From a virus, in the IMG/VR virus record IMGVR_UViG_3300048015_000019, positions 1 to 61,065 of that record: DNA of 61,065 nucleotides; one strand, given 5' to 3'. The position numbers and the translations under genes were made by a program. Positions 1-8,665 of this stretch are shown one piece after another; the stretch's first letter is position 1; the number at the start of each line of letters is the position of its first letter. The notes beneath the pieces are model-generated. The model saw only the letters and a program-made list of their open reading frames with translations, had not been told where the DNA came from and searched no databases.

Positions 1-127
1 CTTGGTAAGGTTCGCCATGCTCGACTGTTCCGGAACAACAGAGGGGTGTTCTGGGCCGGCAAGGTGATCGCGAAAACCGGCACTACCGTGACGCTCGAGC
101 ACCCGCGTCGGGTCGAATGTGGGCTTG
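1..127. repeat. Terminal direct repeat, left copy (identical to 60939-61065)
   Basis: Base-by-base comparison of both ends shows 127/127 identity. Confidence 0.97.
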
Positions 128-345
128 TGAACGGCTCATCTGACCTGATCGGTTTCACGACGATTGTGGTCACGCCCGAAATGGTCGGAACCAGGATCGC
201 CGTCTTTACGGCCGGCGAGTGCAAGGATGGCGCCGGGCGGCTGAGTGATGATCAGAAACGGTTCATCGAGAACGTTGTCGCTGCCGGAGGTCGGGCGGCC
301 GAAATTCGGTCGGTTGAGGATGCGCTCAGGTTGGTGGCGCTATGA
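1..345 (+). CDS. VRR-NUC nuclease, 3' part
   Basis: GSSDLIGFT...FTAGECKDGAGRLSDDQKRFIENVVAAGG matches the D...ExK core plus Q..w...G tail typical of VRR-NUC. The frame is open from base 1. Confidence 0.8.
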   Translation, partial: LGKVRHARLFRNNRGVFWAGKVIAKTGTTVTLEHPRRVECGLVNGSSDLIGFTTIVVTPEMVGTRIAVFTAGECKDGAGRLSDDQKRFIENVVAAGGRAAEIRSVEDALRLVAL

Positions 346-899
346 CCCTCGGCACCGACCAGACCGTGGCCCGCGTCTACGACCACCTGCACGGCGGCAA
401 TCTTGCGCGTGTTTGGAATCTGCCGGGTTGGCCGAGCGAGCCGACACAGCGTGGCATCCGTGAGTATGGCCCTCTGCCGGGCCGGCACGCCGACAGCCCA
501 CAGCGGATCCAGTTTGTCCGCCGCCACATCTCGGCATACGCGCGCGACCTCGCGCTGTGGGAACTGGCTGGTACGCTTGACGACGAACACAGCGCCGCCG
601 AGCAGATTGTGCACGCCGCCGTTGGCATTGCCGAACAGTGCGGTCTGCCTTGGCTTGACGGCATCGCCGCCGGGCAGGCCGAGATGGCCGAGGCCACTAC
701 GTACGCCCGAGATTTTGTTGATCAACTTCGCCGTGTCGTGTTCCCGATGGCTCGCGACCGCCGCCCGGGAGACGCTATCCTCGCTGCGGCAAAGCACGTC
801 AACCAGCGCCATGGCTGCCACATGCCGAGCGAGGAGCTGCGCCAAGCCTGCTCGGTGATCGCCAGATCTGCGACGTCGCCCGCCCGGAGGCGCCGCTGA
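342..899 (+). CDS. Hypothetical protein, possible replication-initiation partner of the downstream ATPase
   Basis: ATGA overlap with the VRR-NUC stop and TGATG overlap with the next gene. No motif recognised. Confidence 0.6.
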   Translation: MTLGTDQTVARVYDHLHGGNLARVWNLPGWPSEPTQRGIREYGPLPGRHADSPQRIQFVRRHISAYARDLALWELAGTLDDEHSAAEQIVHAAVGIAEQCGLPWLDGIAAGQAEMAEATTYARDFVDQLRRVVFPMARDRRPGDAILAAAKHVNQRHGCHMPSEELRQACSVIARSATSPARRRR

Positions 900-2089
900 T
901 GGCGTTCGAGGATCCGATCTGGTCCGGCAACCGCAAGGTCGTGCCAATACGAGGGCAGGGGCAGTTGCCAGGATTCGAGACTGGGCAAAAACGCCTGCCG
1001 CTCACGTATTTCGACCAGATCACGCCATGCACCGACGCCCTCGATTTTGTCGAAGGGCTCATGGTCGAGGGGTCGGCCGGCGTGGTCTACGGCGAGTCGA
1101 ACAGCGGCAAGACGTTCTTCATGACCGACTTGGCGCTGCATGTCGCAGCCGGCATGCGCTGGCGCGACCGCGAGGTCGATAAAGGCGCAGTCGTATATGT
1201 CGCGCTTGAGGGAGGTATTGGTTTTCGCAATCGCATTGAGGCCTGGAAGCGGGAGAAGGACACAGACCAGCTCGTTGCATTTGCGGCAATCATGATGCCG
1301 GTCAACCTGCTTGATCCGGATGCTGACACAGAGGGTCTCATCGCGGCGATTGAGGAAGCGGGCGAGCACATCGGCATGCCGGTGAAGCTTGTCGTCATCG
1401 ACACGCTCAGCCGTGCCATGGCAGGCGGAAATGAGAACGCGCCAGACGATATGGGCGCGCTGGTCATGAACATGGACCGCATCCGCGATGCCACAAAGGC
1501 CGCGGTTTGGTTCGTCCACCATTCGGGCAAGGATCAGGCCAAAGGCGCGCGCGGACACAGCCTGCTGCGCGCCGCGATCGACACCGAGATCGAGGTGGTC
1601 GCGACCACTGACACCGGTCCCAGGACGGCCGCAGTGGTCAAGCAGCGCGAGCTGCCGAAAGGAGATTCGTTCGAGTTCACGCTAAAAATCGTGGAACTTG
1701 GACAGAACAAGCGCGGGAAGGCCGTCACCTCCTGCGTGGTCGAAGGCTCTGGCACGGGTCATACGGCGGGCGCCGTTCTCGTGCCAAGGCTGAAAGGGCA
1801 TTCCCAGCGGGCGCTGGAAGTGTTGCACGACCTGCTTGCTGAAAGCGGGAAGGGTGGATTTCGAGGCACGCCAAACGGCGTGATTTCCGTGCCGGCGGAC
1901 TGGTGGCGCGATCGGTTCTACGAGCGCGCATGCCCAGGAGACCAGCCAGAAGCGAAGAAGAAGGCGTTTCAGCGCGCCTCCGCACGGCTGATCGAAGAAC
2001 GCATTGTCGCCATGGGGGCCAACCGCGTGTGGATGGCTCGCAAACCGCGCAATGCTGAAAATATGGAGGAATATCATGAAGATGTGTGA
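899..2089 (+). CDS. RecA-fold AAA_25 / RepA (DnaB-like) replicative helicase-type ATPase
   Basis: Walker A GESNSGKT, Walker B KLVVIDTLS, and HHSGKDQAKGARG as in RSF1010 RepA-type helicases. Confidence 0.8.
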   Translation: MAFEDPIWSGNRKVVPIRGQGQLPGFETGQKRLPLTYFDQITPCTDALDFVEGLMVEGSAGVVYGESNSGKTFFMTDLALHVAAGMRWRDREVDKGAVVYVALEGGIGFRNRIEAWKREKDTDQLVAFAAIMMPVNLLDPDADTEGLIAAIEEAGEHIGMPVKLVVIDTLSRAMAGGNENAPDDMGALVMNMDRIRDATKAAVWFVHHSGKDQAKGARGHSLLRAAIDTEIEVVATTDTGPRTAAVVKQRELPKGDSFEFTLKIVELGQNKRGKAVTSCVVEGSGTGHTAGAVLVPRLKGHSQRALEVLHDLLAESGKGGFRGTPNGVISVPADWWRDRFYERACPGDQPEAKKKAFQRASARLIEERIVAMGANRVWMARKPRNAENMEEYHEDV

Positions 2090-2112
2090 TAGTCATTCCG
2101 GTAGTTTGAAAG

Positions 2113-2250
2113 TGTCCCCGGATCGGGACATTTGCCGGGACAAGCGGGACATTTTAAAAAATCGCGATGTCCCCGTAGCGGGACATTTCGGGACATCTCC
2201 CCGTAGGGGGATGTCCGAATGTCGCGCGGCATCGGGGCGGGACATTTTGA
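2113..2250. repeat. GGGACAT iteron/palindrome array with an AT-rich tract (candidate origin or pac/regulatory region)
   Basis: GGGACAT at 2125, 2146, 2180, 2190 and 2239. GGGACAA at 2137. Inverted ATGTCC(C) at 2167 and 2211. Three hairpin units: TGTCCC-N6-GGGACA at 2113-2130, ATGTCCC-N6-GGGACAT at 2167-2186, and GGACAT-N15-ATGTCC at 2191-2216. ATTTTAAAAAAT at 2151-2162. Confidence 0.6.
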
Positions 2251-2373
2251 GGTGAAGAATTCGTTGCGGGTATGGGAGGAGCGGATAGTCGCTGCCACCG
2301 CGAATGCCGAACGTCTGCGCACGCATGGCGCGGGCGATCCTGTGGGAAATTATGCTGGGTATGGGGGCCGTTG

Positions 2374-2916
2374 ATGGCAAAGCGCGGTGACCTGACCGAC
2401 AAGCAGCGGAAATTCGTGGAGACGTATCTCACGAACGGGAGGAATGCGTCAGCGGCCTATCGAGAGGCGTACAACACCACGACGTCAGCTCAGCGGGTTG
2501 GCGATGACGCATCAGAACTTCTGCGCCATCCCGGAATAATCCCGATAATTGAGGCGGCGGAGCAAAAAAAAGAAGAATCAACCCGCCGCGTGATCGAGCG
2601 CACCTCGATTACTGAGGCAGAAATCCTGTCCCGGCTGATCCACTTGGCACGAGCGGATGTGCGAGACTTGATGGACTGGACCAGTGGTCGGCCTGTCTTG
2701 AAAAACAGCGCTGAACTGACGACAGAACAAGCCTACGCGATCACGGAGATTGCTGAAACGCAGAACGGACTGCGGATCAAGCTGACCGACAAGCGCGCGG
2801 TGCTGATGGATATCGCGAAGCTGATGGGGCTGTTGGTTGAGAAGCAACAGCAGCTCGGCCCGGACGGCAAGCCGATCGATCCGCGGCAGGTGTTCACGGT
2901 GGTGGTGAAGGGATGA
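2374..2916 (+). CDS. terS: Terminase small subunit (Terminase_2-like)
   Basis: MAKRGDLTDKQRKFVETYLTNGRNASAAYREAY is the classic TerS N-terminus. Lies upstream of TerL. Confidence 0.85.
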   Translation: MAKRGDLTDKQRKFVETYLTNGRNASAAYREAYNTTTSAQRVGDDASELLRHPGIIPIIEAAEQKKEESTRRVIERTSITEAEILSRLIHLARADVRDLMDWTSGRPVLKNSAELTTEQAYAITEIAETQNGLRIKLTDKRAVLMDIAKLMGLLVEKQQQLGPDGKPIDPRQVFTVVVKG

Positions 2917-3419
2917 CCACAATCGCCTGGGACGGCCACTCACTGGCCTGCGACACCTGCTGCAGTAGCGGCGGGATGGTGTTTCGCGTGAACAAAATCC
3001 GCAGATGCCCAGATGGCCGGCTGATTGGCGGAGCCGGGGAGTCTGGCGCCGTGGAGGCTTTCATGGATTGGCTGCAAACGGGAAAGCCTGACGGGCGGCC
3101 AGAGTTTCAGGACCGCAGCGACGACAACGTGCACATGCTGGAGGTGCAGCTGGACGGCACCGTGTGGTGGCACGGTCGGTTCGCGCCGTTCCGTTTCTGC
3201 CAGGAGTTCATCGCGATTGGCAGCGGGCAGCATTTCGCCATGGCGGCGATGGCCATGGGAGCTGGTGCGAAGCGCGCGGTCGAGATCGCGTGCCGGTTCG
3301 ACGCTGGATCGGGTGAGCCGGTGGAGACGCTGCATTTTGTGGGGCCATCCGCGCAATCCTTGACCCAACCCCACCCCATCCCGCATGTTCCTGCGGCGCA
3401 CGGGCCATCAGCACCGTGA
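2913..3419 (+). CDS. HslV / proteasome beta-type Ntn peptidase-like protein
   Basis: Begins MTTIAWDG (Thr directly after Met, as in HslV TTIV). Also has VNKIRR...GRLIGGAGESGAVEAF and FIAIGSGQHFAMAAMAMGAGAKRAVEIACRFD, which parallel the HslV LIAIGSGGPYAQAAARAL block. Confidence 0.65.
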   Translation: MTTIAWDGHSLACDTCCSSGGMVFRVNKIRRCPDGRLIGGAGESGAVEAFMDWLQTGKPDGRPEFQDRSDDNVHMLEVQLDGTVWWHGRFAPFRFCQEFIAIGSGQHFAMAAMAMGAGAKRAVEIACRFDAGSGEPVETLHFVGPSAQSLTQPHPIPHVPAAHGPSAP

Positions 3420-3515
3420 CGACACCCGCCGCATCGCGCTCAGTCATCGCGCCTCACGGCAGCACCCCCACCAGCACCAGTATTCGCCGGCGTGTGCCGG
3501 CCTCCAGCGGGAGCG

Positions 3516-3755
3516 ATGACGATGAACGATGACGGCATGATGCGTCCGCGCAAGATGATGGCCGGCGCCGAGGATAGCGGGGATTTTGGCGTTGGCCCGA
3601 TCGGCCGGCCGCGGTTCGCCCCGATGATCAAGGACAGCGAGATGCTCGCCGACAAGGACCGCGCGGCCCCGCCCGCGTTCGGCGGATCGGGCGGCTCGAT
3701 GGCCAGCACGCCGGCTGCCGACCACGGTCCGCATTTTAGCCGCCGCGGCGTCTGA
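3516..3755 (+). CDS. Small hypothetical protein (79 aa, disordered-looking)
   Basis: GGGAG RBS before the ATG. Strong G/C preference at third codon positions. Confidence 0.5.
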   Translation: MTMNDDGMMRPRKMMAGAEDSGDFGVGPIGRPRFAPMIKDSEMLADKDRAAPPAFGGSGGSMASTPAADHGPHFSRRGV

Positions 3756-3934
3756 TGATGCACGGCCACCCACCTCTGCCGGTGCGTCGCATGCCCGTTG
3801 GAGCGCCGCCTGTGGCGTCTCGGCAGCTGCTGCCGCCACCGGCGCCGGAAGCCGTTTCATTCGCGCCACAGCACGTCCTGGGTGGCCCGGGGTGGCGGGA
3901 CAAGCTGGCGGCCGACGGCAAGAAGGGGGCGTAA
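3755..3934 (+). CDS. Small hypothetical Pro-rich protein (59 aa, below the ORF-track cutoff)
   Basis: Found by hand. TGATG overlap with the previous stop. MMHGHPPLPVRR...DKLAADGKKGA. Ends 1 nt before the next ATG. Confidence 0.45.
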   Translation: MMHGHPPLPVRRMPVGAPPVASRQLLPPPAPEAVSFAPQHVLGGPGWRDKLAADGKKGA

Positions 3935-3935
3935 A

Positions 3936-4130
3936 ATGGGAAAGAGCACCACGCGACCGGTCGCACCGTTCACTCCGTCTGATCGCCAGTCGGTAACGGT
4001 GGACAAGATCAAGAACGGGTTCCTGATTACGCGCGACGGCGTGCGAAAGGGCGAGTATTTCTCCGAGCGCGAATACTCGCCGACCGACCCGCTGGCGCCG
4101 GCCAAACGCACAAGCGCGAAGGCGAAATGA
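3936..4130 (+). CDS. Small hypothetical protein (64 aa)
   Basis: AAGAAGGGGG RBS upstream of ATG 3936. The longer 3798 start would give an Arg/Cys-rich, implausible N-terminus. Confidence 0.55.
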   Translation: MGKSTTRPVAPFTPSDRQSVTVDKIKNGFLITRDGVRKGEYFSEREYSPTDPLAPAKRTSAKAK

Positions 4131-4315
4131 TGCCCATCACCACCGGCAACGAGCCCGAAACCCTCAGTGGCATGCGATCGCCGACCACGCCCGCGCCGCT
4201 GCCGAAGCCGTCACGCAAAATGGACGCCGGCAAGTCGCCAGCCAAGCATCCCGATCCGGCGCACAACACCACGAAGCACGCGCATCACGACGGGCGCCGC
4301 GCCGCGCATTACTGA
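4127..4315 (+). CDS. Small hypothetical Pro/His-rich protein (62 aa)
   Basis: ATGA overlap with the previous gene. Confidence 0.45.
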   Translation: MMPITTGNEPETLSGMRSPTTPAPLPKPSRKMDAGKSPAKHPDPAHNTTKHAHHDGRRAAHY

Positions 4316-4327
4316 GGGCCGCCGGCC

Positions 4328-5803
4328 ATGATGCCGGAATATGACCGGACCAATTCGCCGACTGTGAAAGAATTCATGTCGAGCGATGCGTTCATCCGGG
4401 GCCTAATGGGGCCGGTTGGCTCGGGCAAATCCTCTGGCTGTGTCTGGGAGATCATTCTCCGCGGCTTAAAGCAACGGCCTGGCCCAGACGGCGTGCGCAG
4501 GTCGAAATGGGTGGTCATCCGCAACACCTATTCCGAGCTCGCTGACACCACGATCAGGACGTTCCTGCAGTGGTTTCCGCCCTATCTGTTCGGCGATTGG
4601 CGCCCCAGCCTCAACAGCTACATCGTCCGCGGCTTGCGCGCCGCTGACGACGAGCCTGCGGCCGAGATCGAGATCATGTTCCGCGCGCTGGATCGGCCGG
4701 ACCACGTCGCCAAACTGCTCTCGCTCGAAATCACCGGCGCCTGGATCAACGAAGCGCGCGAGGTGCCTTGGGCAATCGTCGAGGGCGTGCAGATGCGCGT
4801 CGGCCGGTATCCCGCAATTCGCGACGGCGGCGCGACCTGGTGCGGCGTGATCATGGACACGAACCCGCCAGATGTGGACAGCGACTGGTATCGGTTCTTC
4901 GAGCAATCGGACCACGGCGAGGCCGTCGAGAAGCTGGCCGAGGTCATTCCCGGTTTGACGGCTGAAGGGTTCGCGCGAATCTTCAAGCAGCCGAGCGGGT
5001 TGTCACCTGCGGCCGAGAACAAAGCCAACCTGTTACCGGGATATTACGAACGCATCGCGGTCGGAAAATCTCAAGAATGGGTCAAGGTCTACGTCCACGG
5101 CCAATATGGATTCACGATTGACGGCCTGCCGATATTTGGCGATGACTACGAGGATGGGTTTCACTGCAAGCCGTGTTTGGCCCGACCAGATGCGCCGATT
5201 TACCGGGGGTGGGATTTTGGCCTTACGCCGGCGTGCGTGTTTACTCAGATCCAGCCCAACGGCCAGTGGCGCGTGCTCGACGAGCTAACCTCGACCTCGA
5301 TGGGTATTGACCGGTTTTCGGACGATGTCATTGAATTCAGCAATCGCGCATATCCGCAGATGGATTTCATCGACATCGGCGATCCGGCGGGGATGCAACG
5401 GGCGCAGACTGACGAGCGAACGTGCTTCGAAATTCTTCACGCCAAGGGAATCTTGATCGAGCCTGCTTTGCAGGACCCTACAATTCGCTGGGAAAGCGTT
5501 AGGAAACCTTTACGGACTGTGATTTCAAAGGGCCAGCCACAATTTCTGATTGACCCGGCGTGCAGCGTGCTGCGAAAAGGATTCATGGGTGGATATCAAT
5601 TCCGCCGACTGAAGGTCTCCGGCGAGCAATACTCGCAGCAGGCGACCAAAAATCAGTATTCCCACGTTCATGATGCGTTGGGATACGTGGCTACCAGGCT
5701 GTTCGCGCCATCACTGCGCAGGCCGAAAACACCAGCACACGACGATAGCGAGAGCTATCAGGCGATCCAGGACAGCAGTCGGTCCAGAATCACGGGGTAC
5801 TGA
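4328..5803 (+). CDS. terL: Terminase large subunit
   Basis: Walker A GPVGSGKSSG, Walker B-like AWINEAREV, then a nuclease half. Size and position fit TerL. Confidence 0.88.
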   Translation: MMPEYDRTNSPTVKEFMSSDAFIRGLMGPVGSGKSSGCVWEIILRGLKQRPGPDGVRRSKWVVIRNTYSELADTTIRTFLQWFPPYLFGDWRPSLNSYIVRGLRAADDEPAAEIEIMFRALDRPDHVAKLLSLEITGAWINEAREVPWAIVEGVQMRVGRYPAIRDGGATWCGVIMDTNPPDVDSDWYRFFEQSDHGEAVEKLAEVIPGLTAEGFARIFKQPSGLSPAAENKANLLPGYYERIAVGKSQEWVKVYVHGQYGFTIDGLPIFGDDYEDGFHCKPCLARPDAPIYRGWDFGLTPACVFTQIQPNGQWRVLDELTSTSMGIDRFSDDVIEFSNRAYPQMDFIDIGDPAGMQRAQTDERTCFEILHAKGILIEPALQDPTIRWESVRKPLRTVISKGQPQFLIDPACSVLRKGFMGGYQFRRLKVSGEQYSQQATKNQYSHVHDALGYVATRLFAPSLRRPKTPAHDDSESYQAIQDSSRSRITGY

Positions 5804-5806
5804 CAT

Positions 5807-6217
5807 TTGGCAAAACTTACGTCTGAGGTTTCCCGCTGGACCAATCAGACCGGTGCGCTCGGTGTATCCGGCTCCGGCACGACGCTGTTGAGCGCGATCC
5901 ACATCGATGTTGCGGCCTACGACGCCCTGCCGCCGATCCTCCGCGAAGCCGTGGCGCGCAACGCCATCAAGCTGTCGGCCGAAAGCGTCCTAAAATTCTG
6001 GCGCAGCATCACCTTGCAAGCCGGCGGCGATGACGCCGAGGCCGCGCGCTACACGGCGACGAAAATCGACAAGCTCGAAGCGGGGGAAATCACCATGTTT
6101 GCAGGATGGCACCGCGGCGCGCACGGGTATGACCTGCCGCACGTTGCAGCTCGCGCAAAGATCTGCAGGCCGGACAGCCGGCGCACACGGATTATCGGTT
6201 GGGATATGGCCGCGTGA
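5807..6217 (+). CDS. Hypothetical protein between TerL and portal
   Basis: ORF with TTG start, coupled to the portal by a GTGA overlap. Confidence 0.5.
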   Translation: MAKLTSEVSRWTNQTGALGVSGSGTTLLSAIHIDVAAYDALPPILREAVARNAIKLSAESVLKFWRSITLQAGGDDAEAARYTATKIDKLEAGEITMFAGWHRGAHGYDLPHVAARAKICRPDSRRTRIIGWDMAA

Positions 6218-8508
6218 GTGGTTCCAGCGCCCTGGCAGCCCTTCCCGGCGCCGCGCGAACGTCGCAGCCGGCCACGTCCGGCCCGCAAGTCGAAATGCCG
6301 ACCGATGGCGATGGCCTGCTGGCCGAGGCTGAGTGGCAGGGGCGAGAGGGCGCGAACCGCGAGCTCGCCGACCAGCTGATGCGCTGGATCAAGATGCCGA
6401 ACATTGCCGAAGATCAGTCAATTCCCGAGGACACGTTGAACACGATCGCCAACCGTGTGAAGCAGGATTACGACCTCGATGAGGAAAGCCGCGCTGAGTG
6501 GAAATCGGCCTATGAGAAATGGCTCGACCAGGCGATGCAGATCGCCGAGGAAAAAAGCTACCCGTGGCCTGGCGCGTCGAATGTCCGCTATCCGCTGTTG
6601 ACGAATGCCGCGATCCAGTTCGCGGCACGCGCGTATCCGTCGATCGTGCGCGACCGCAATGTGGTCAAGGGCACCGTGATTGGCGATGACAAAGGCGAGC
6701 CGGTCATCGATCCGAACACCGGCCAGCAAGCGCAGATGCCAAGCCCTGACGGCCAGATGCAGCCAGTCTGGAAAGTTGCGCCGGGAGCCAAGGCAACGCG
6801 AGCCGACAACATCGGCCGGCACATGTCGTGGCAGCTGCTCGACGAGCAGGAGGAGTGGGAGCCGCAGACCGACCGCATGCTGATCGTGTTGCCGATCGTG
6901 GGCACCATGTTCCGCAAGAGCTATTTCGACCCGGGCATGCAGCGGAACATGTCGGAGACCGTGACCGCGCTGAACCTGTGCATCAACTACAAGGCGAAGT
7001 CGTTCGAGACCGCGCCGCGCGTGACCGAGATCATCGACTTGTACCCGCATGAGATTGAGGAGAAGATTCGCGCGGGCATCTTCATCGACCAGTTCTATGG
7101 GGAAAACTTTGACGCAGGCCAGGATCAGGAGGCCGTGGTCACATTCCTTGAACAGCATCGGCGGTGGGATTTGGACGGCGACGGCTACACGGAGCCTTAC
7201 ATCATCACCATCGCACGCGACTCCTGCAAGTTGGCGCGTATCCGGGCCGCCTATGACGAAGAGACGGTGTTCTTTTCTGCCGTCGATCACCGCATCCGCA
7301 AGATCGACCCGGTGAAATACTACACAAAATATCCGTTTATCCCGAATCCCATGAGCAACGTCTACGATGTCGGGTTTGGCCATTTGCTGAACCCGATCAA
7401 TGAGGCGATCAACACGACGCTGAACCAAATGTTCGATGCGGGCCACCTGGCGAACGCCGGCGGCGGTTTCATCGGGTCCGGGTTGTCGATGAACAGCGGA
7501 GCAGTGCGGTTTCAGATCGGCGAATACAAGGTGGTGAACGGCCTCGGCGGCAGCATCCGCGATTCGATTCTGCCGCTGCCGTTTCAGGGGCCCAACCCGG
7601 TGCTGTTCTCGCTGCTCCAGTTCCTTATGGAAGCCGGCAAGGAAATCGCCGCGGTGAAGGACGTGCTGTCGGGAGACCTGCCCGGCGACAACGTTTCGGC
7701 CGTGACCACGATGGCCGTGATTGAGCAAGGGCTCAAGGTTTTCACGGCAATTCACCAGCGGATCCATCGGTCGCTGAAATCCGAATTCAAGAAGCTGTTC
7801 CGGCTGAACCGCATCTATCTGCCGGTGCAGACCGGGTATCGCATGGGCGATGTCTGGCACGAGATCACGCAAGCCGACTATCAGGCGGGCGCGGGGATTG
7901 AGCCGGTCAGCGATCCGCGCATGATCACCGACATGCAGCGGTTGGGCCGGGCGCAGTTCCTGATGCAGTTCATGAACGACCCTTGGTTCAACGGGCGCGA
8001 GATCCGCCGGCGCATCCTGGACGCATCGCTGATCGACAATTCAGATGCGCTCATGGTCGAGCAGCCGCCGGCCGATCCCCAGGCCATGGCCGCGCAAGCC
8101 GACCTGAAACTGCGCGAGGCCGAGCTGCAGATCCGCGCCGCGCATGAGCAGGCGGATGTGCAGATCCGGCGCGGCAAGGACAAGGCGGACGAAATCCGCA
8201 TCCTCACCCAAGGCATCCTGAACCTTGCAAACGCGGCCAAGGCGGACGCGCAGGTCGATCAAGGATGGGTGGCCCACAACATCGCAATGCTAAAACTCCA
8301 GGTGGACGCACTCAATGCCGGATCGGATCAACCCGACGTCAACCCCGCGGCCATTGCAGGCCTCCCAGGCGCGCCTCAGCCCAACGCTGGCGGCGGCTTT
8401 GGATCTCCAGGAGGGGCAGTTTCAGGCGTGGCTCAATCATCCGGTCAGCCGCCTGTTCCAGCAGTTCCTGCGGGATTACCGGGACCAGGTGGCGCAGTCG
8501 GTGCTTGA
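6214..8508 (+). CDS. Portal protein
   Basis: About 765 codons immediately after TerL. GTG at 6214 overlaps the upstream stop (alternative start 6199). The C-terminal Gly/Pro/Ala tail is in a frame with depressed GC3 (see findings). Confidence 0.75.
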   Translation: MSGSSALAALPGAARTSQPATSGPQVEMPTDGDGLLAEAEWQGREGANRELADQLMRWIKMPNIAEDQSIPEDTLNTIANRVKQDYDLDEESRAEWKSAYEKWLDQAMQIAEEKSYPWPGASNVRYPLLTNAAIQFAARAYPSIVRDRNVVKGTVIGDDKGEPVIDPNTGQQAQMPSPDGQMQPVWKVAPGAKATRADNIGRHMSWQLLDEQEEWEPQTDRMLIVLPIVGTMFRKSYFDPGMQRNMSETVTALNLCINYKAKSFETAPRVTEIIDLYPHEIEEKIRAGIFIDQFYGENFDAGQDQEAVVTFLEQHRRWDLDGDGYTEPYIITIARDSCKLARIRAAYDEETVFFSAVDHRIRKIDPVKYYTKYPFIPNPMSNVYDVGFGHLLNPINEAINTTLNQMFDAGHLANAGGGFIGSGLSMNSGAVRFQIGEYKVVNGLGGSIRDSILPLPFQGPNPVLFSLLQFLMEAGKEIAAVKDVLSGDLPGDNVSAVTTMAVIEQGLKVFTAIHQRIHRSLKSEFKKLFRLNRIYLPVQTGYRMGDVWHEITQADYQAGAGIEPVSDPRMITDMQRLGRAQFLMQFMNDPWFNGREIRRRILDASLIDNSDALMVEQPPADPQAMAAQADLKLREAELQIRAAHEQADVQIRRGKDKADEIRILTQGILNLANAAKADAQVDQGWVAHNIAMLKLQVDALNAGSDQPDVNPAAIAGLPGAPQPNAGGGFGSPGGAVSGVAQSSGQPPVPAVPAGLPGPGGAVGA

Positions 8509-8665
8509 GGGGTGGCGCGCGGGCGGCAGCCTTGCCCACGAAAACGAAAATCGCGGCCGATGCGCGCTCGCCGATGAAATCGCGATGCTGTCATTCGAAA
8601 ACATCCGCAATTTCTACCTCAAGGCCGCTGTGGCCGAGGGATTCACACCGGAGACCAATCAATGA
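8315..8665 (+). CDS. Hypothetical head-module protein (start uncertain; overlaps the portal 3' end by 194 nt)
   Basis: High GC3 in this frame from about 8315. Globular-looking sequence LDLQEGQFQAWLNHPVSRLFQQFLRDYRDQV. ATGA-coupled to the GroES-like gene. Confidence 0.55.
   Translation: MPDRINPTSTPRPLQASQARLSPTLAAALDLQEGQFQAWLNHPVSRLFQQFLRDYRDQVAQSVLEGWRAGGSLAHENENRGRCALADEIAMLSFENIRNFYLKAAVAEGFTPETNQ

Noticed and set aside
1-127. Interpreting the 127-bp end repeat as a biological direct terminal repeat of the virion DNA.
   Set aside because: A P22-like TerS/TerL system is expected to package by headful. The repeat lies inside a coding sequence, and its length equals a common assembler k-mer. 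Only read-level analysis can settle this.
3798-3935. Upstream extension of the 3936-4130 gene to ATG 3798.
   Set aside because: The extension encodes an Arg/Cys-rich peptide in a frame overlapped by the hand-found ORF at 3755-3934. A good RBS sits just before ATG 3936.
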